Source of the DNA: the human T2T-CHM13v2.0 reference genome, Homo sapiens
Reading direction: 5' to 3' (one strand)
DNA length: 64,000 nucleotides
Assembly: GCF_009914755.1 (NCBI RefSeq)
Contig: NC_060926.1
In this document: positions 25,626 to 40,880 of the stretch, in pieces
Position numbering within the stretch: position 1 is the first letter of the stretch
Layout: each line of letters begins with the position of its first letter
Position numbers and translations under genes: made by a program
Notes under the pieces: generated by a model
What the model was told of the DNA's origin: nothing
Databases searched by the model: none
Seen by the model: the letters and a program-made list of their open reading frames with translations, nothing else

Positions 25626-26570
25626 GCCTGTAATAATCAGCACAGGAGCTGTCTCAGAAAAGATCCACAAAATATATTTATTGAATTGAATAGGGCATTC
25701 AAAATGAAAAAATGAAGCCTGTTAATTTCCAATTTTTAAAATTTCCAGTGCTGATGTATATTAGTGTGTGTGAGGAAACAACAATTAATGAGTGTCAAAA
25801 AGCAAATAAAGATGTTAGCTGAAAGCAGAAAGAAAATATTAAATATTAGGAGGTACAGTACCTTCACAGAAGTACAGATAACTCTTTTGGATAAGAAACT
25901 TTTTATACAGAATGATTCTCATGTGCTTGTTTTCATGAGCAGTAGCCTCAGGTGTTTTCTTCAAACTCATCATTTTCTTCTCTTGACTGCCTTTTCCCTG
26001 AGCTTTAAAAATATTAGCTGGCTTTTCTGATGGGCATTGGCATTCCCAGTTTATCAAGCATGACATCTCCTCCTCATTGCTAATATTCCGCACAGATGGT
26101 GTTTCTCAACATGAACTACTTTGTCAAACATGACATTTACTTCCAAGGTTGCTAAGGGATAGATTACAGGCTTCCTCATGATTTCTCTGCTACAGGTCAT
26201 TTTTTCATAATTCTCATTGATAGCTTATTAGTTACACCACCTTGCTACTTAGGAAGTCCAGTGTGAAGCAGTTTAAGATTTATGCTTCATAGATTCATTT
26301 AAATAAGCCACTTCTGCTTTGATTTTATCTTTCATTACTATCTAGAAAGGAGTCTTCCTGGAATTTTCTACCAATCAGGCTAAAGACACAATTCTTTTTT
26401 TGTGTGTGTTTGCGTGTGTTTACACCACATATGCATGTGTTTCCATATATGTCTAATTATATGCTTCAAATATTTAGTTATCAACATATCTGGCTGGTAT
26501 ACTCAGAACAGAGTGTTTAGGATTGGGAATTTAAAAGTCTGAAAAATACAGTCACAAAAAGTCACAGAAA

Positions 26571-26572
<2 letters not shown>

Positions 26573-26604
<32 letters not shown>
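26573..26604. repeat. (TG)16 microsatellite
   Basis: Perfect dinucleotide run, counted directly. Confidence 0.95.
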
Positions 26605-26606
<2 letters not shown>

Positions 26607-28409
26607 GGTTTTAACTAAACTAGGACAACCAAAAAAATTTTTTTTAAATTGTATTTTGTTAATAATAAAGTCATTTGGAAATATCAATTTCAAAGATTAA
26701 TTTTTAAACAGATGTTTAATGTCATGTGGAGATAGCTTCTGGCAATCTTAAAGATTTTTCAGCTGGAATCTGCGGGTGTAGCATTAATCCCCAATGCTTA
26801 ATTTTTTTCATTAAATTCTTTCTTCAGTACCATATGAGCGAGATTCTTCTGGGTTCTGGTTTGAGTTTTGTTTTGGGAAGGGCAATAGATTCTGGCCCCT
26901 GGTCTGCTAATTCCTTTTCTTCACCAGCCCCAGCCTTGCAAATTTCCTCTCACTGCCATCCAAGTGGACACTGAGCACTGCCTTATACATCTTCCTGAGG
27001 CCTAGGAAAGTGGGCTGAGCCATGGTTCTGGAGGCATGAAGATTCCATTGGGTCACACATGGCTAATTAACATTTTAAAAAATATTATTTGGGGAGAAAC
27101 AGTAATTGCAAAGATAGAAGGACATAAAAGTCTTCCTGGACAACCAATGAACCTTTATACACTGGATCACTGGATTTTAAGATTTAATACATTGTTTGTC
27201 CTTGCAAATCCACAGAGAAAGAGAAATTGTGTCCAGTGAAATAAGATTTGGGACATCGAGAGTTCAAAATATTATAAAAGTGATAAAACATCTAAAACTC
27301 TAACTTAATTTGCCCTTATGAAAACCAGGGCACATTTGTTCTGAAAAAGAAAAGTATGTAAAACAAATTGCAAAGTGTTATTAATAATTTAAACTCAAGC
27401 CACACAGAAAGAAAATGTAATAGCAAATTTAGAAATTAAATTAGTCAGTTAATTGCAGTTACAAGGGCTCACACTAATTATGGTTTGAGAAGTTAGGCAT
27501 TAACTAGAATTCACTGTAAATGGATTTCTTACAATTAGTTAAAATAGGCTAATTCCAGAGCTGGATGATAACTGTTTTAATCAATTTAATTTATTAATTT
27601 TTCCCATGTCCTTAATTTTTATCCTTATTCTTCTCACAATCAGAGATCTACAATGTGTGTGTTGACCAAAAAATATCTTCCAGCTTACTTCCTTTACTGT
27701 CTTTGGTTCTTCTTGTATATTTGTTTGGCAGCATGTTGAGGTATATATAGTCATGCATTTCAACTCACCTTTAATTTACTTGCATCCTCCTGCTCAAATT
27801 TTAGGCTTAACAGCAGTTTCTCATGACTGAAATGATGGTGAAACACATTGCTACCAGGAAGATGGTGCCCTGAAGAAAAGGCACACATATACACAGAATT
27901 CTCAGAAAAGCTCCCTCTCTGCCATTATATATAGAATATGTTTCATCTGTTTCTTTGCATTATATGGGGTTTTAAAATTAAAGGTAACAACTTTAATTAT
28001 TCCCCTATAAAGGGCTTATTACATTTTAATGCTGGACCAAAGTATATTCCTGTTAGTTTTTGACATTTTATCTCATCAGGTATGGTGATCGAATGATTAT
28101 GGCCCAAAGAAAATTGCTGGGGCTACTTCAAGGCATTGCACTTCTAAATATCAAAGCTACAACCAACTGGAGTGATGAGCTGATGTTGCAGACAGTGTGG
28201 AATGCATCACTGGATGCATTAAGTTGAACTTTAAACAGAGCTCCATGCTAAAATTTGTTAACTTGAGTAAATTAATGTTGAATATGAGTTTAGGTTAGTT
28301 GGGGTTTGTGTGGATTTAGACCGGCATGTTACAGAGTATTTCACCTGGATCGGTAATAAGCTATCCATAGAGATTACAACTTTTCATTTCACTTCACTTT
28401 TGTGAACTT

Positions 28410-29625
<1,216 letters not shown>

Positions 29626-29663
29626 GAAGATAAATACAAAACGTCTAATGGGTTGGTTTGGTA

Positions 29664-30438
29664 AAAGGAAATGCCTGTTTTAGTTTAGTTTAATAATGAA
29701 TGCCTATAATTATGATGTCCAGATCTGCTGATGATCTTGCAGATAAAAGCATTATGGCATCTATGGCATTGATGGGTACAAGAGGAAGAGTAAGAAAATG
29801 AGAAATGAGATTGTTATGTATGGATCACTAGTATGACGTGGGCTTTTTTCTTCTTGAGGCTTTTAATATGCTTGACTGATTTATCTTCATGTTCATATGT
29901 ATTAGTATTTTCATTTGATTTATGACGAAATTGAGGCTTGTCCTGAGACAAAAAGAAATTTTTTTGAATATACACTGCTTCTACATACAGAATACGTAAC
30001 ACTGACCCAGGCCTACAGGTAAGGGGGCATTAAAATGAAGAAATACATAACAAAGCATTGAGCAAAATTCTATTTAAAGAGTTTTTTTTGTTTGTTTTCC
30101 ATGCTGGAGGAACATTGAGGAGTTGATAATGGAAATACCTGGGGTTATAAACATCAAAACAGCCACCCCAAAGGAGTGTTTTAACACCAGTATTTTGGTG
30201 ATGTGCCACAAGGCTCTGTGCTTTTCTATAATCCAAACCACAACTTGAGTGAAGGCATACTATGTATGCTTATCAATTTCACACATAATACAGAGCCAAA
30301 TAAAATGTTTTATGTGTTAAATTATATATTCAAAATATCATGCCAGACTTGGCATATGGGAACAAGTAAACACTTGAAATGCCAGCAGGGATCAATATAA
30401 AGATGTGCATTTTAAGTCAAAAAAATAATTTTAAAAAT
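29664..30438 (+). repeat. Local duplication, copy A (paralogue of 38958-39755)
   Basis: Colinear similarity with perfect blocks ACTGCTTCTACATACAGAATA, AAATACATAACAAAGCATTGA and AAACCACAACTTGAGTGA. Confidence 0.92.
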
Positions 30439-30735
30439 AGAAAGTTTGTGCTAACATTTTGTAGGAAGAATGAGATAAGCACATAGAATGAGCTTCAAGT
30501 GCTTGTCTGCATCATTTAAATTCACACTATTTTTTTTAAAAAAGACAGAAATGAGGAATCTTGGTTTTATAGGAAGTTTCAGGGACACATATCTGAGGAT
30601 TTTTGTTGAACAAATTGTAATGTGTCAATCGTGTGGCTATGTATGCTCCATCTCAAGTTGTATCAATGAATGTGTGGTATGGAACAGATGTCAGTGGAGA
30701 TGGGTCTGTTTCCCTCTACTGAACTGACCATATCG
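30150..30735 (+). mobile_element. L3/CR1 reverse-transcriptase fragment
   Basis: Translation PQGSVLF..NLSEGI.CMLINF resembles CR1 RT PQGSVLGPVLF..DLDEGI..LSKFADD; DNA similarity to CR1 continues to about 30735. Confidence 0.7.
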
Positions 30736-30936
30736 TTGAGGCTGGCTCCCCACTTTGTTCTGTGTGTGCACACATAAGCGGTTGTGTGTATGCATGTGTG
30801 TATGTGTGGATGTGTATGTTTGTGTTGATGCTTGTTGAGATCTAGTAGGCAATGGCAGCATTCCTGATGGAAATGAGGAATTAGCAGTGAGATGTGAACT
30901 TTAGTTGTTTTATTTGTTAAATTAAATAATTAATTT

Positions 30937-31240
<304 letters not shown>

Positions 31241-32228
31241 TTAATACGACTAATTTTTTTTCAGTGTGTACCATGTATGCCAAACACAAGTCCCAGGGCT
31301 ATAGAGACAGCAGTAAATTATACATTAAAAAATAAAGACAATGAAATCTCCCATTTTGCTCTATTGTGAGGACTCAAGACATTTGGTTATTACAGGTGTT
31401 TAATCATTGCTAGATGTGATAGTTACTGATGAAGTGAACAATTTAGGATAAATATTCATTTTATATTCTGATGATGTTTAGAAACACACAAAGGTGTTGG
31501 TTTGCAAGGACAGAATTAAAAATTTTGGCTGCTCTAAGTTGTTATTTCAAAGATCACTTTGGACATGTTAGTGAAAACCCCATTAAAATGTCTCCTTATG
31601 ATCGGCAACTCCTTCTAACTGCATTGCATACTTGGCAAATTTGACACGCTAAGCTTTTTTGAAACCAACAGGAAAAAACAGCATTGAGAAAATGAGCCTG
31701 CTGGAATTGTCAGGGCTCTGAGAATGGCTGGAATCTATGGCTTGAGGAAAAGTCTTCCATTGGCAAGAAGCTACTGAGCAACAAGGCTCATGGAGAGCTG
31801 CTGACCCTGGCAGCTGAGAACTTGGTCAGCCTAACAGGGCCAGCAGCAATGCCTCAAGGGCCATGGTAATTAGAACCTTCTCTGCCACAATGAGAAGTCA
31901 TCAAAAAAAGGTGGTGGGGCACAGCCAGTGGCTAAATGTCCAAATACTAGCTAGAAAAGAATAACTTAAAAAGGAAAGAAAGATGACTTTGGTCCCTCCT
32001 AGAAATAATAAGAATTATTTATATGAACCTACCTCCAAATACAAAGGATAGAATGAACCCTCTTTTAAGGAATAAAAGGCCAACTGAAATTTTGTTTGCA
32101 TAGGTTTCCCGACCAGGGAAACAATGTGATGGCCCCACTGTTTCCATTCCATGCCAGGTCAGGTGGCTCCTCTGGGCTGTTCTGCCAGTTAGGGGGCAGC
32201 TAAGGGATGTGTCTGGCTTTTCATTTAG

Positions 32229-32520
<292 letters not shown>

Positions 32521-33514
32521 TTAAGGTGTATTTTCATTGCGTGTAGGAATATGTTAGTATATTTATCCTAGAGTCAGAAAATCAGATTCTGAATTCTAGC
32601 TGTAATAAAATAAAAATAGAGTCACAGAGGCAGACATTCTTTAAGAAATAACTGCCTCACTACTGGTCATTTGGCACCCATGCAGTATTTTACCAAATCT
32701 AGGGCCACAGCTTAAGCACACTTAAACCACATCTAAGAGAAGTCTCTGCATCCCCTTCACTAGCTATGGATGTTTGGGTGTGCTTTTCTATTTATTTGAC
32801 ATTAGCTAAACATCTGCCATTTCAGGCAGTTACGAATTCCTGTTTGTTGGGATTATATCATTGCTTCCTTCAAATCTTTTACTCATTCATGGAAGAGAAA
32901 GAGAAATGCACACATAATTACAATGTACTATGGTAAATTGCAAATATTATGGTCAGTTTTATGGCAAATTATGTAATGATTGTTAACGGGCATCAAAAAG
33001 ATTTGTCGGAGATTAAGTTTAGAATTAAACCTCCAAATTCAGGTGAATATTAATCAGATAAATATAATGCAGGTAGAAGAGAAATAGAAATTCTAAATGA
33101 GAAAATAGATACAAGGATTGCCAGATGCATTCAGAGAACTTTACCTAAAAGATTTGGGAGATAGGTCTATAGTTAAGGAGCAGCAAAAAATGATGCTGGA
33201 AGGGTAGGCAGAAATCATAGCATAAATGTTCCTGAATTTTTGCTAAGAAATGTTATCCTGAAGGCAAGAACAGATTCCAGGGAATCTGTGAAAAGTGAAA
33301 GTGACCCAGGTTGTTCACTTTCCTCCAAGCTGTGGTTGAGTCAAAATAATGTGGGGCATTTTGGCTAAAGTACAGAAAGACCTAAGCTTCAAGAAATATG
33401 CTGAACAATTGTTTACACTTAGCAGGATGTTTGTTGATGAAAGGCAGAAAGGACTGCCCTTTTTGGGAACTACTGAAAGCAATAAAACTAGGCTTCAAGA
33501 ATTGAATATGTTGA

Positions 33515-33893
33515 TACACCATGGAATACTATACAGCCATCAAAAAAACAAGATCATGTCCTTTGCAGTAACATGAATGGAGCTGGAGGTCATTATCCTT
33601 AGCAAACTAATGCAAGAACAGGAAATCAAATAATGCATGTTCTTATTTATAAGTGGGAGTTAAATGACGAGAACACCTAGACACACAGAGAGGAAAAATA
33701 CACGCTGGGGCCTATCAGAGGGTAGGAAGTGGGAGGAGGGAGAGGATCAGGAAAAACAACTAATGGGTAGTAGGCTTAATACCTGGGTGACAAAACAATC
33801 TGTACAACGAACCCTCATGACATAGGTTTACCTATATAACAGACCTGCACACATACGCCTGAACTTTAAATAAAAGTGTAAAAAAAAAAAAAA
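33515..33893 (+). mobile_element. 5'-truncated L1PA (PA15/16-like) 3' end with poly(A)
   Basis: TACACCATGGAATACTAT..GGAGCTGGAGG..AGAGGATCAGGAAAAA; A-tail; degenerate TSD AAGAATTGAATATGTTGA / AAGAGTTGGATACGTTGA. Confidence 0.93.
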
Positions 33894-35259
33894 GAGTTGG
33901 ATACGTTGAAAAGCTAGAAAGTTCTTTAGAATTAAGCATATAGAAAACGTAGGATAATTAGGACATAAGTGATAGAATTGTGCCCGTTTCTGAGACATTA
34001 GTAAGTCTATAGAGCAGATTTAGCTGTTAAATCAGAGGTCTTACATGCATAGAGCAAGCAAGGGAGCTGGTGGTGAGTATTTCATGTATAGAGATCTCAT
34101 CTGGATTCATAGTTTGGTGAAGCCTGGGGGATGTGGGCTTGAAAGGGTTCCAAAGAGTTTAGTAGGAGCAAGGGGCTCACTGTTCAGAAACGCTTTAAAG
34201 TCATCAGCAGTGGAAGATCTCCTAATGGGAGTGTTCTGTTTATTTTGAACCAAGTTTGGCTCTTTTTCAAGATTGAATTACCCTATCTACCTTCCCCCAC
34301 ATCATTTCTTCTTCAGTGGTCTGTTTTACGCTCTCTCCTGAAGTTCCACAAGGGAAAGTCATGTTCATTATACTTATACCTGCTTCTACAGTGCATGAGG
34401 TATTGATGGGCCCTGATTTTTGGTTTGATGAGCATAATGGATGTAAGCATCAGTGCATGTAAGAGAAAGCCCCTGCAATCTGAACCTTTGGGAGTTTTAG
34501 GTTTAACTTCATTTTTTCTCCCAAAGGCTTTTGTGTCATTGAAGGATTCTGGAAACTTAGATCATCTTCATAAGAAAATGAAAACAATGTTAGTCAAATT
34601 TTGTTCTGAGATGTACCCTTCCCTCTGTATAATGAACTCATTTGACAGGAAAGAAGGGGAACAGTAGCAAAGTGGTCTGCATACTTCATCTGAAATCCCC
34701 CAGGCCTTCCTTCAATAGAGGATCTGGAACTGGATGCAGGCTCACTAATATGCAGATTCATGACTCACATAATGAGGTGAACATGTTTTACCTAAAAGAT
34801 TTGTCACCACTGTAATTTCTACTTCCAGCAGAAGGGATCCAAACTCAAATCTGATTTAAAATTTTGCTTTGTTGTAACCTTCCAGATATCTACCTACCTC
34901 TTCCTTGGAACAAAGTTATTTCTGAGAAAAGTCAATCTCTTGAAATAGGATTTTATGGGTTTCCAAGAAAACCCTTGCTATAAAATGTATTTCTCATTGA
35001 TCCTACCAAGATTTTTACATTAGAAAACTGATGTAAGCCAGGGTCATCCATACTCACAATTTTTGGATGTTGAAATTATTTTTACTTACCATTTTTAACA
35101 ATTTCAAATAATTTAAATATATTAACTAAAAATGAAATTTATCATCACTACTAAATAAAACATAAACATATAAGGACACATGAGTAAAATATATTTTCTC
35201 CAAATAAATACAAGAAAAAATAACAGAACAAATCATTAATTTATGAGATTCAGGACACA

Positions 35260-35680
35260 CACATACATCAAAATATTTGAGAAAATAGCAGAAGCAGACC
35301 ACAGAAACTCAAAAAAAATTTCTCCTGAAGCAAGCCATAAAACCTGACTTTCCCCTGAAAGTAGGTCATAAGACCCTCATTATTTCAGAGGGGCCCTTTC
35401 CTATACCCATAAGCCAAGTAGGATAGAAACAAAAAGATCTTGCTAAGTTCTCCCTAGTTTATTACCATTAGATCTCACCTTTTTTTCTTTCTATCATATT
35501 TCAACATGACTGTCCACTCATCATCAAACCAAAGGATAAAAATACACAAATTTCCCTGTTTTTTTGAGCCTTCATTTATGAATTTGTGTGCTTTTCTCTT
35601 GTTAATCTGTCTTTGGATATAAGGATTTCAGTCATGAAACTTGTGATGAGTTAGAAAAGGTTTTACTTTGCTTCTCTACA
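35260..35680 (+). mobile_element. MER39-like ERV1 LTR
   Basis: TCTCCTGAAGCA, GGTCATAAGACCCTCAT, TTTATTACCATTAGAT, CTTTTCTCTTGTTAATCTGTCTT, ending CTACA. Confidence 0.7.
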
Positions 35681-35739
35681 CCATTTATGTAACACTCTAA
35701 ACCATTTCACAAACACTGAGCTAAAACACAGCTAGTAGT

Positions 35740-36380
35740 ATTTCATCTTATTCACTGTGCTAGGGTCAGGGGTACAAAGATAAATAGATATAATTACTAT
35801 CATTAAGGAGTACAAAATAATAAGGGAGAGGGACACAGAAACAGATCACTGTAACTTGATGTCAGCATTTCTGTGATGAACATAAACCTAGAGCATTTTT
35901 TATAGGCACAAAGAAAAGCACTCAACCCTACAAGTCTGTGTCAGAGAAGTTGCTGGGGTGGGTGATGGCAGAGTCAAGCGTTTGATAAGATGTGCGTAGA
36001 GTAATGACTAGGTAACCAAAGGAGGATATCTCAAGCAGTGGGACAGCATGAACAGCCTAGATTCCATCAAAGGCACATGATGAGTGGGATTTAGGTGGAA
36101 TTAGCATTGCCACAGTGAACAGTGGAGTTAGGGAGCTGATGGAAGGAGTTGCGGTGGGATGCTAGACAAGCAACTTGCACTTCGTTTGGGGAAACAATGG
36201 GGGTGACAGGAATAGATTTTACCATTTCAAGCCAGAAGTTTATAAAAGAATGTTAGAATTTCAATCTAGCAAGTAAATACAACTCACTGAACCAGGAACT
36301 CAATGGGGAGAGGAAAATGGAAAGTTTTGTGAGTGACAATAGGTGAAGGCCTTTGAGAAATAAGATGGAGAGATCAGAGC
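35740..36380 (-). mobile_element. L2 fragment
   Basis: CACTGTGCTAGG..GGGTACAAAGATAAAT..; GTCAGAGAAG; GGGACAGCATG. Confidence 0.6.
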
Positions 36381-36649
36381 ATCACACTGCCTAAGACCAA
36401 TAGATATTAAGCTGATCTTCCCTCCTGCCCAGGCGAGTTTGTTTCAAGGACAAAGTGTATGTCAGCATTGTGGTAATGTGAATTGTTTGGCCTCTAGTTG
36501 TTCTGCAATTGTGGACAGAGGACCTGATGACTGGTTTTGTTGAGATTGAGTCTATTCTTCTTGTAACTGATTGGGTTCCAAGACTCCTATACATTTCTTA
36601 AAGACTCCAAGCAAGAACTTCTTTCAAGGTCACGGCTATGACTTTGTAC

Positions 36650-36830
36650 TCATATATGTGATTGTAGGTAAGTCCCTTTCTTATTAAAGGGTTAATATTA
36701 TCATCTCTAAAATGAGATCAAGAAGAGTTACCTTGAAAGGCCGTTATGCGGATCAGTTGGTATAAAGTGTGTGAAAATACCTCACCCTATGATTTGTGCA
36801 TATTATACATTCTCAGTATTTCTTAGTTTT
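36650..36830 (+). mobile_element. MIR
   Basis: TCATCTCTAAAATGAGAT..ACCT..GCGGATCAGTTG..GTGTGTGAAAA. Confidence 0.55.
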
Positions 36831-37454
36831 CTATTTGCTTCACAATAGTAAGCATGTAAGCAATGTTTGATAATGATGGTGACATCAGAAAGGATTAACT
36901 GAGGCATGATTTTGTGGACTGGAAATGTAAAGAAAACTAAATACACTTTTATTCTGATTACAGTGTCTAATAACTTTGTGTTTGGGGCCTTCGTTGTATT
37001 TGAAGTTATTATGCACTGTTCTCTTACTGTGACAAAAGGGAATCCAGGTGAAGGGCATCGTTAGTCCTCCATTAACCCTGATGCTAGCCATAATTATGCC
37101 TGCTAATGGATACCTCTCCACCAGCTATTAGTCAATATTCCTATATTAGGACCTGGGCCAGGAAACACCAATAAAAATCCACGTTTACTTTGGAACTTCA
37201 CAGAAGATTCCTGCTAGACCACTAAGCCTGCATTCCAGTTAGCGTTGAAGATACATCTTCAGACCAATTTGGAGAAAAAAAAAGTTTGTGGAGAGCTTAT
37301 GTCTACAGTAGTTCACTTTTCTTTTCAGCGACTGTTTTATGCCAAAGTGACCAAAAGATCACATGATCACAAGGATTTAAAAATTGAACAAAATGCAAAG
37401 CAAAATTTATTTCTTAGAAGTATTTTATGTTGGTCAAAATGGTGATGTTCATCT

Positions 37455-37670
37455 TCCATTTATTGAAAATTAATACGTGTCAGGAATTGTGCGAGGTGCT
37501 TTACATATATATTTTAATTAATGTTCTCCAGAATCTGATGATGTATTTAGTTTTCATTCTCTTTTACAGATGAAATAAACCAAGCCTGAGAGAAGGCAAA
37601 TAAATTGGCTAAAGTTATAGTACCAGTTAGAAAACAAAGCAGATATCCAATACCCAGTCTATCCATAGTC
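37455..37670 (-). mobile_element. MIR
   Basis: CATTTATTGA..GTGCTTTACATATAT..TTTTACAGATGAAATAAAC..GAGAGAAGG. Confidence 0.7.
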
Positions 37671-37979
37671 AACATTTAGGGAAATTGCTGTATTCTCCTT
37701 TGTCAGATGTTGAAAAAGGTATTTCCTTTGATATGAAACACCCAGGGAGACATGGAAATAAAGTAAGCGGATATGTATGAAAGTTATTTTTTAAAAAAAT
37801 CTAAATTGCTTGGCACGGAAACCATAGGTAGTGTATCTTGACCACATCCAAAGCAGCTTATCATTCAAAGGAGATATCCAATAAGTACTTGTGTATGAAT
37901 TTGCCTTTGACTGTGAATTGAACAGAAGGTCAACGAGAAGCAAACAAGTGGGTTAAAGTAGTTTGGGGTGGGCTTTTTT

Positions 37980-38560
37980 AAAACTTAATTTTTTTATTTT
38001 ATATGTTTAAGATGTATAATAAGATGTTTTGATATACTTATCTTGATATACATATACTAAGTAATTACTGTAGTCGAGTAAATTAACATGTCTACATCTC
38101 ATATAATAATCTTCCTTTTTTCTTTCTTTTTTTGGTGATAAGAATACTGAAAAACTACTCTGTTGTTAAATTACCAGTACACAATACATTATTAAATATA
38201 GTCCTCATGTCATAACTAGATCTCTGGACTTATTCATCCCACATAACTACGACTTTGTACTCTTTGACCTACATCCTCTCATTTCTCCTGTGTTCCCCAC
38301 CCCACTCTTGATAACTTGTGTCTGACTTATTTCACTTAGCCTGACGTCCTCTTGGTTTGTGCTTGGTAGTGTTGTCACAAATGGCAAAATCTCCTTCTTT
38401 TTAAAGACTGAATTATCTATATCTGTATAAAATTCAGCAAGATACTGAATTATGTTTATATATAAAATGCATTTAAATTATGCTTATATATATAAGCATA
38501 ATTCAATATCTTTATTTCTTTATCCATTGACCAAACTTTAGTTGTTTCCATATCTTGGTT
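37980..38560 (-). mobile_element. L1MA/MB-type 3' fragment
   Basis: AAATTAACAT, TATAGTCCTCATG..TAGATCTCTGGACTTATTCATC, GACTTATTTCACTTAGC, GTTGTTTCCATATCTTGG. Confidence 0.85.
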
Positions 38561-38957
38561 TTTATGAACTAGATGGGCTTCTGATTAATATAATGTTCAG
38601 ATTGATGGAGTTGCCATATCCTGTGTGTGAATTTTCCAATTCCCCAAACTTAGTAAATAGAAAATACTTCCCACTTCGCCAACATCCTGAGCAGAATGCC
38701 CACTTACTTGATGATCATTCCTGCAGAATGCTAAGCTTCCTTCCCACCCTCCAGAGGTGTCAGAAAAGATGTTCTGCAGAAAGTCTTTCCAAATATTCCC
38801 AGTCAGGTATCACTTTACTTTTGTCTTCTTTGTGAACCAAAGCAGTATGTTAGTAGCTTTAGGAAGACAGTATATTTGACCTCACTGTTTTAAACATATT
38901 TTCTGGGTTTGAAGTCTGTTCAGAGTTTATAAATATCTACTCTGAAGACACTTGAGG

Positions 38958-39755
38958 GAAGGCAATGACTGTTTTAGTTTGGTTTAACTACAAATGCCCA
39001 TAATCAATGATGTCTGGATCAGCTGATGGTTCTGCAGATTAAAACTGTTATTGAGGGTTTATAAGGTCAATGGGATTGATTAGAGCAAAGGAAAGGGCAA
39101 GAAAATGAGATTGATATGTACTGATCATTAGTATGACCTGGGCTGTTTCCTAGGCTCTTAGCATGCATTTCTGATTTATCTTCATACTGATAAGCTGTAA
39201 TTTCATTTAATAGATGATGAAATTGAAGCTTGACCAAAGAAACAGAAACTTTTCTGAAAATAAACTGCTTCTACATACAGAATAAATAACATTGACTCAG
39301 GCCAACAGATCAAAGGCATAAAAATGAATAAATACATAACAAAGCATTGAACAAAATTCTGCTTTAGGTCTAACAATTTTCCATGATGACTCTAAACAGT
39401 CTTGGGAACATGAGGAAGAAACCCTGGCTGGTTGATAAGACAAATCCAAGGGGCTATAAATACGAAAATAGCCACACTCAAATGGCATTTTACTTTCTAA
39501 TGAAAAGTATTCAGGTGATATGTTGCAGGGCTCTGTGCTGTTCTATGATCTAAACCACAACTTGAGTGATGGCATACCTCATATGCTTATAAAATTCACA
39601 TGCAATGCAGACCCAGATAAAATGTTTTATATATTGCATGGTATATTTAAAATAGCATGCCAGGCTGGAAATATGGTAACAAGGAAGCTCCTGAAATACA
39701 ACAGGTATTAATATAAAGATGTGAAGTTTACTTCAAAGGAATTAATTCTAAAAAT
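38958..39755 (+). repeat. Local duplication, copy B (includes a paralogous CR1 fragment at ~39470-39755)
   Basis: Colinear with 29664-30438; ORF 39520-39711 aligns with ORF 30203-30400. Confidence 0.92.
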
Positions 39756-40589
39756 TTCTAGTGGCATAAAGTTCCACCACAGTTGGGGCCTTTAGTTCAC
39801 TTGAACTCACCATTGTTGAACTCCTGGAATAAAATTTCCATTTAGAAATGTCTAAGTAGGCATTAATCTGTGTATGTATGCTCTAAAAAGAGGAGAACCT
39901 AGCCCTGAAAAGGGTGAGTCCTACAGACTTGCTGCATTTGACTAATAAGATTAATTTGGAAGAAGGTTCTCTTGCTTTTGGAAATGATTAAGTAACCAGA
40001 CAAAAATTGCACGTGAATGTTGGAAGATGTGCCTTGGTCGTGGAGGATAGGGGTAGGATTTTTGGTAAGGAAGGATCTTACTGGCAAGAACAGATGTGTT
40101 TTCTATCCCCTGAAGCTTATAAAATTTTGTATACCTTCTTTAATAATAGAAGGTGATAAAAATAAAATTAGGTCCATGAAACTCTAGAGATGACAAATTT
40201 GCTAAGTTTCTGGGTTTGAAGTCTGTTTATGGTTTATATACACCTACTCTGAAGAGACTTGAGAAAAGGTAATGTCTGCCTTTTTCCAATTTGGGAGGAA
40301 TTTTGGAAGAGAAGCATGAAATAGAAATTATTTGTACCTTAGATGTTTTTTGGTAAATAGTTCATTAATTTATATTTCCATTTCTTGTTGTTATCACCAT
40401 AGGCCTAAGTCTACATGTTGAATCAACAGGGTTAGAACAGAGATAATAATCTGAAAGTCAGAGAAATCCTGTGACTAGCTTCATCTGTTCTGTGATTAGA
40501 CTTTGTTCCTATGTTAAGCTAATTGTGCCTGCTTTCTCTCCAACTTGGGGATGTGATAATCATTAAATGCATTCATCAAATATGACCAG

Positions 40590-40880
40590 CACATGGTAAT
40601 ACTACATTTCCTGGGTTCTTATAGTTAAATGTGTCCATATGACTAGTCTGGCCAAAAATTTGTGAGCAGAATTAATGTGTCACTTTCTAGTGTGAGCACT
40701 TAATTGGTAGCCTGAGAGCGCAGAATCTTCCCCAGAGCTCTCTTTCCTTCTGCCATGGTAACTGGCAATTTGGGAATGTGGCTGCTCTGTTATCCTAGTT
40801 ATAGTGAGGAGTCATGGAAAAGAGCCTCTAGAGTTAAAAGTATGCCTTTCTGCTTATAGGTCACTAGCTTCTTATTACCA
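40590..40880 (+). mobile_element. MaLR LTR, MLT1I/J-like
   Basis: ACTACATTTCC, CCATATGACTAGTCTGGCCAA..GTGAGCAGAA..ATGTGTCACTT. Confidence 0.7.

Noticed and set aside
28201-28220. Palindrome AATGCATC-ACTG-GATGCATT
   Set aside because: An 8-bp inverted repeat with a short spacer is expected by chance in an AT-rich 64-kb window.
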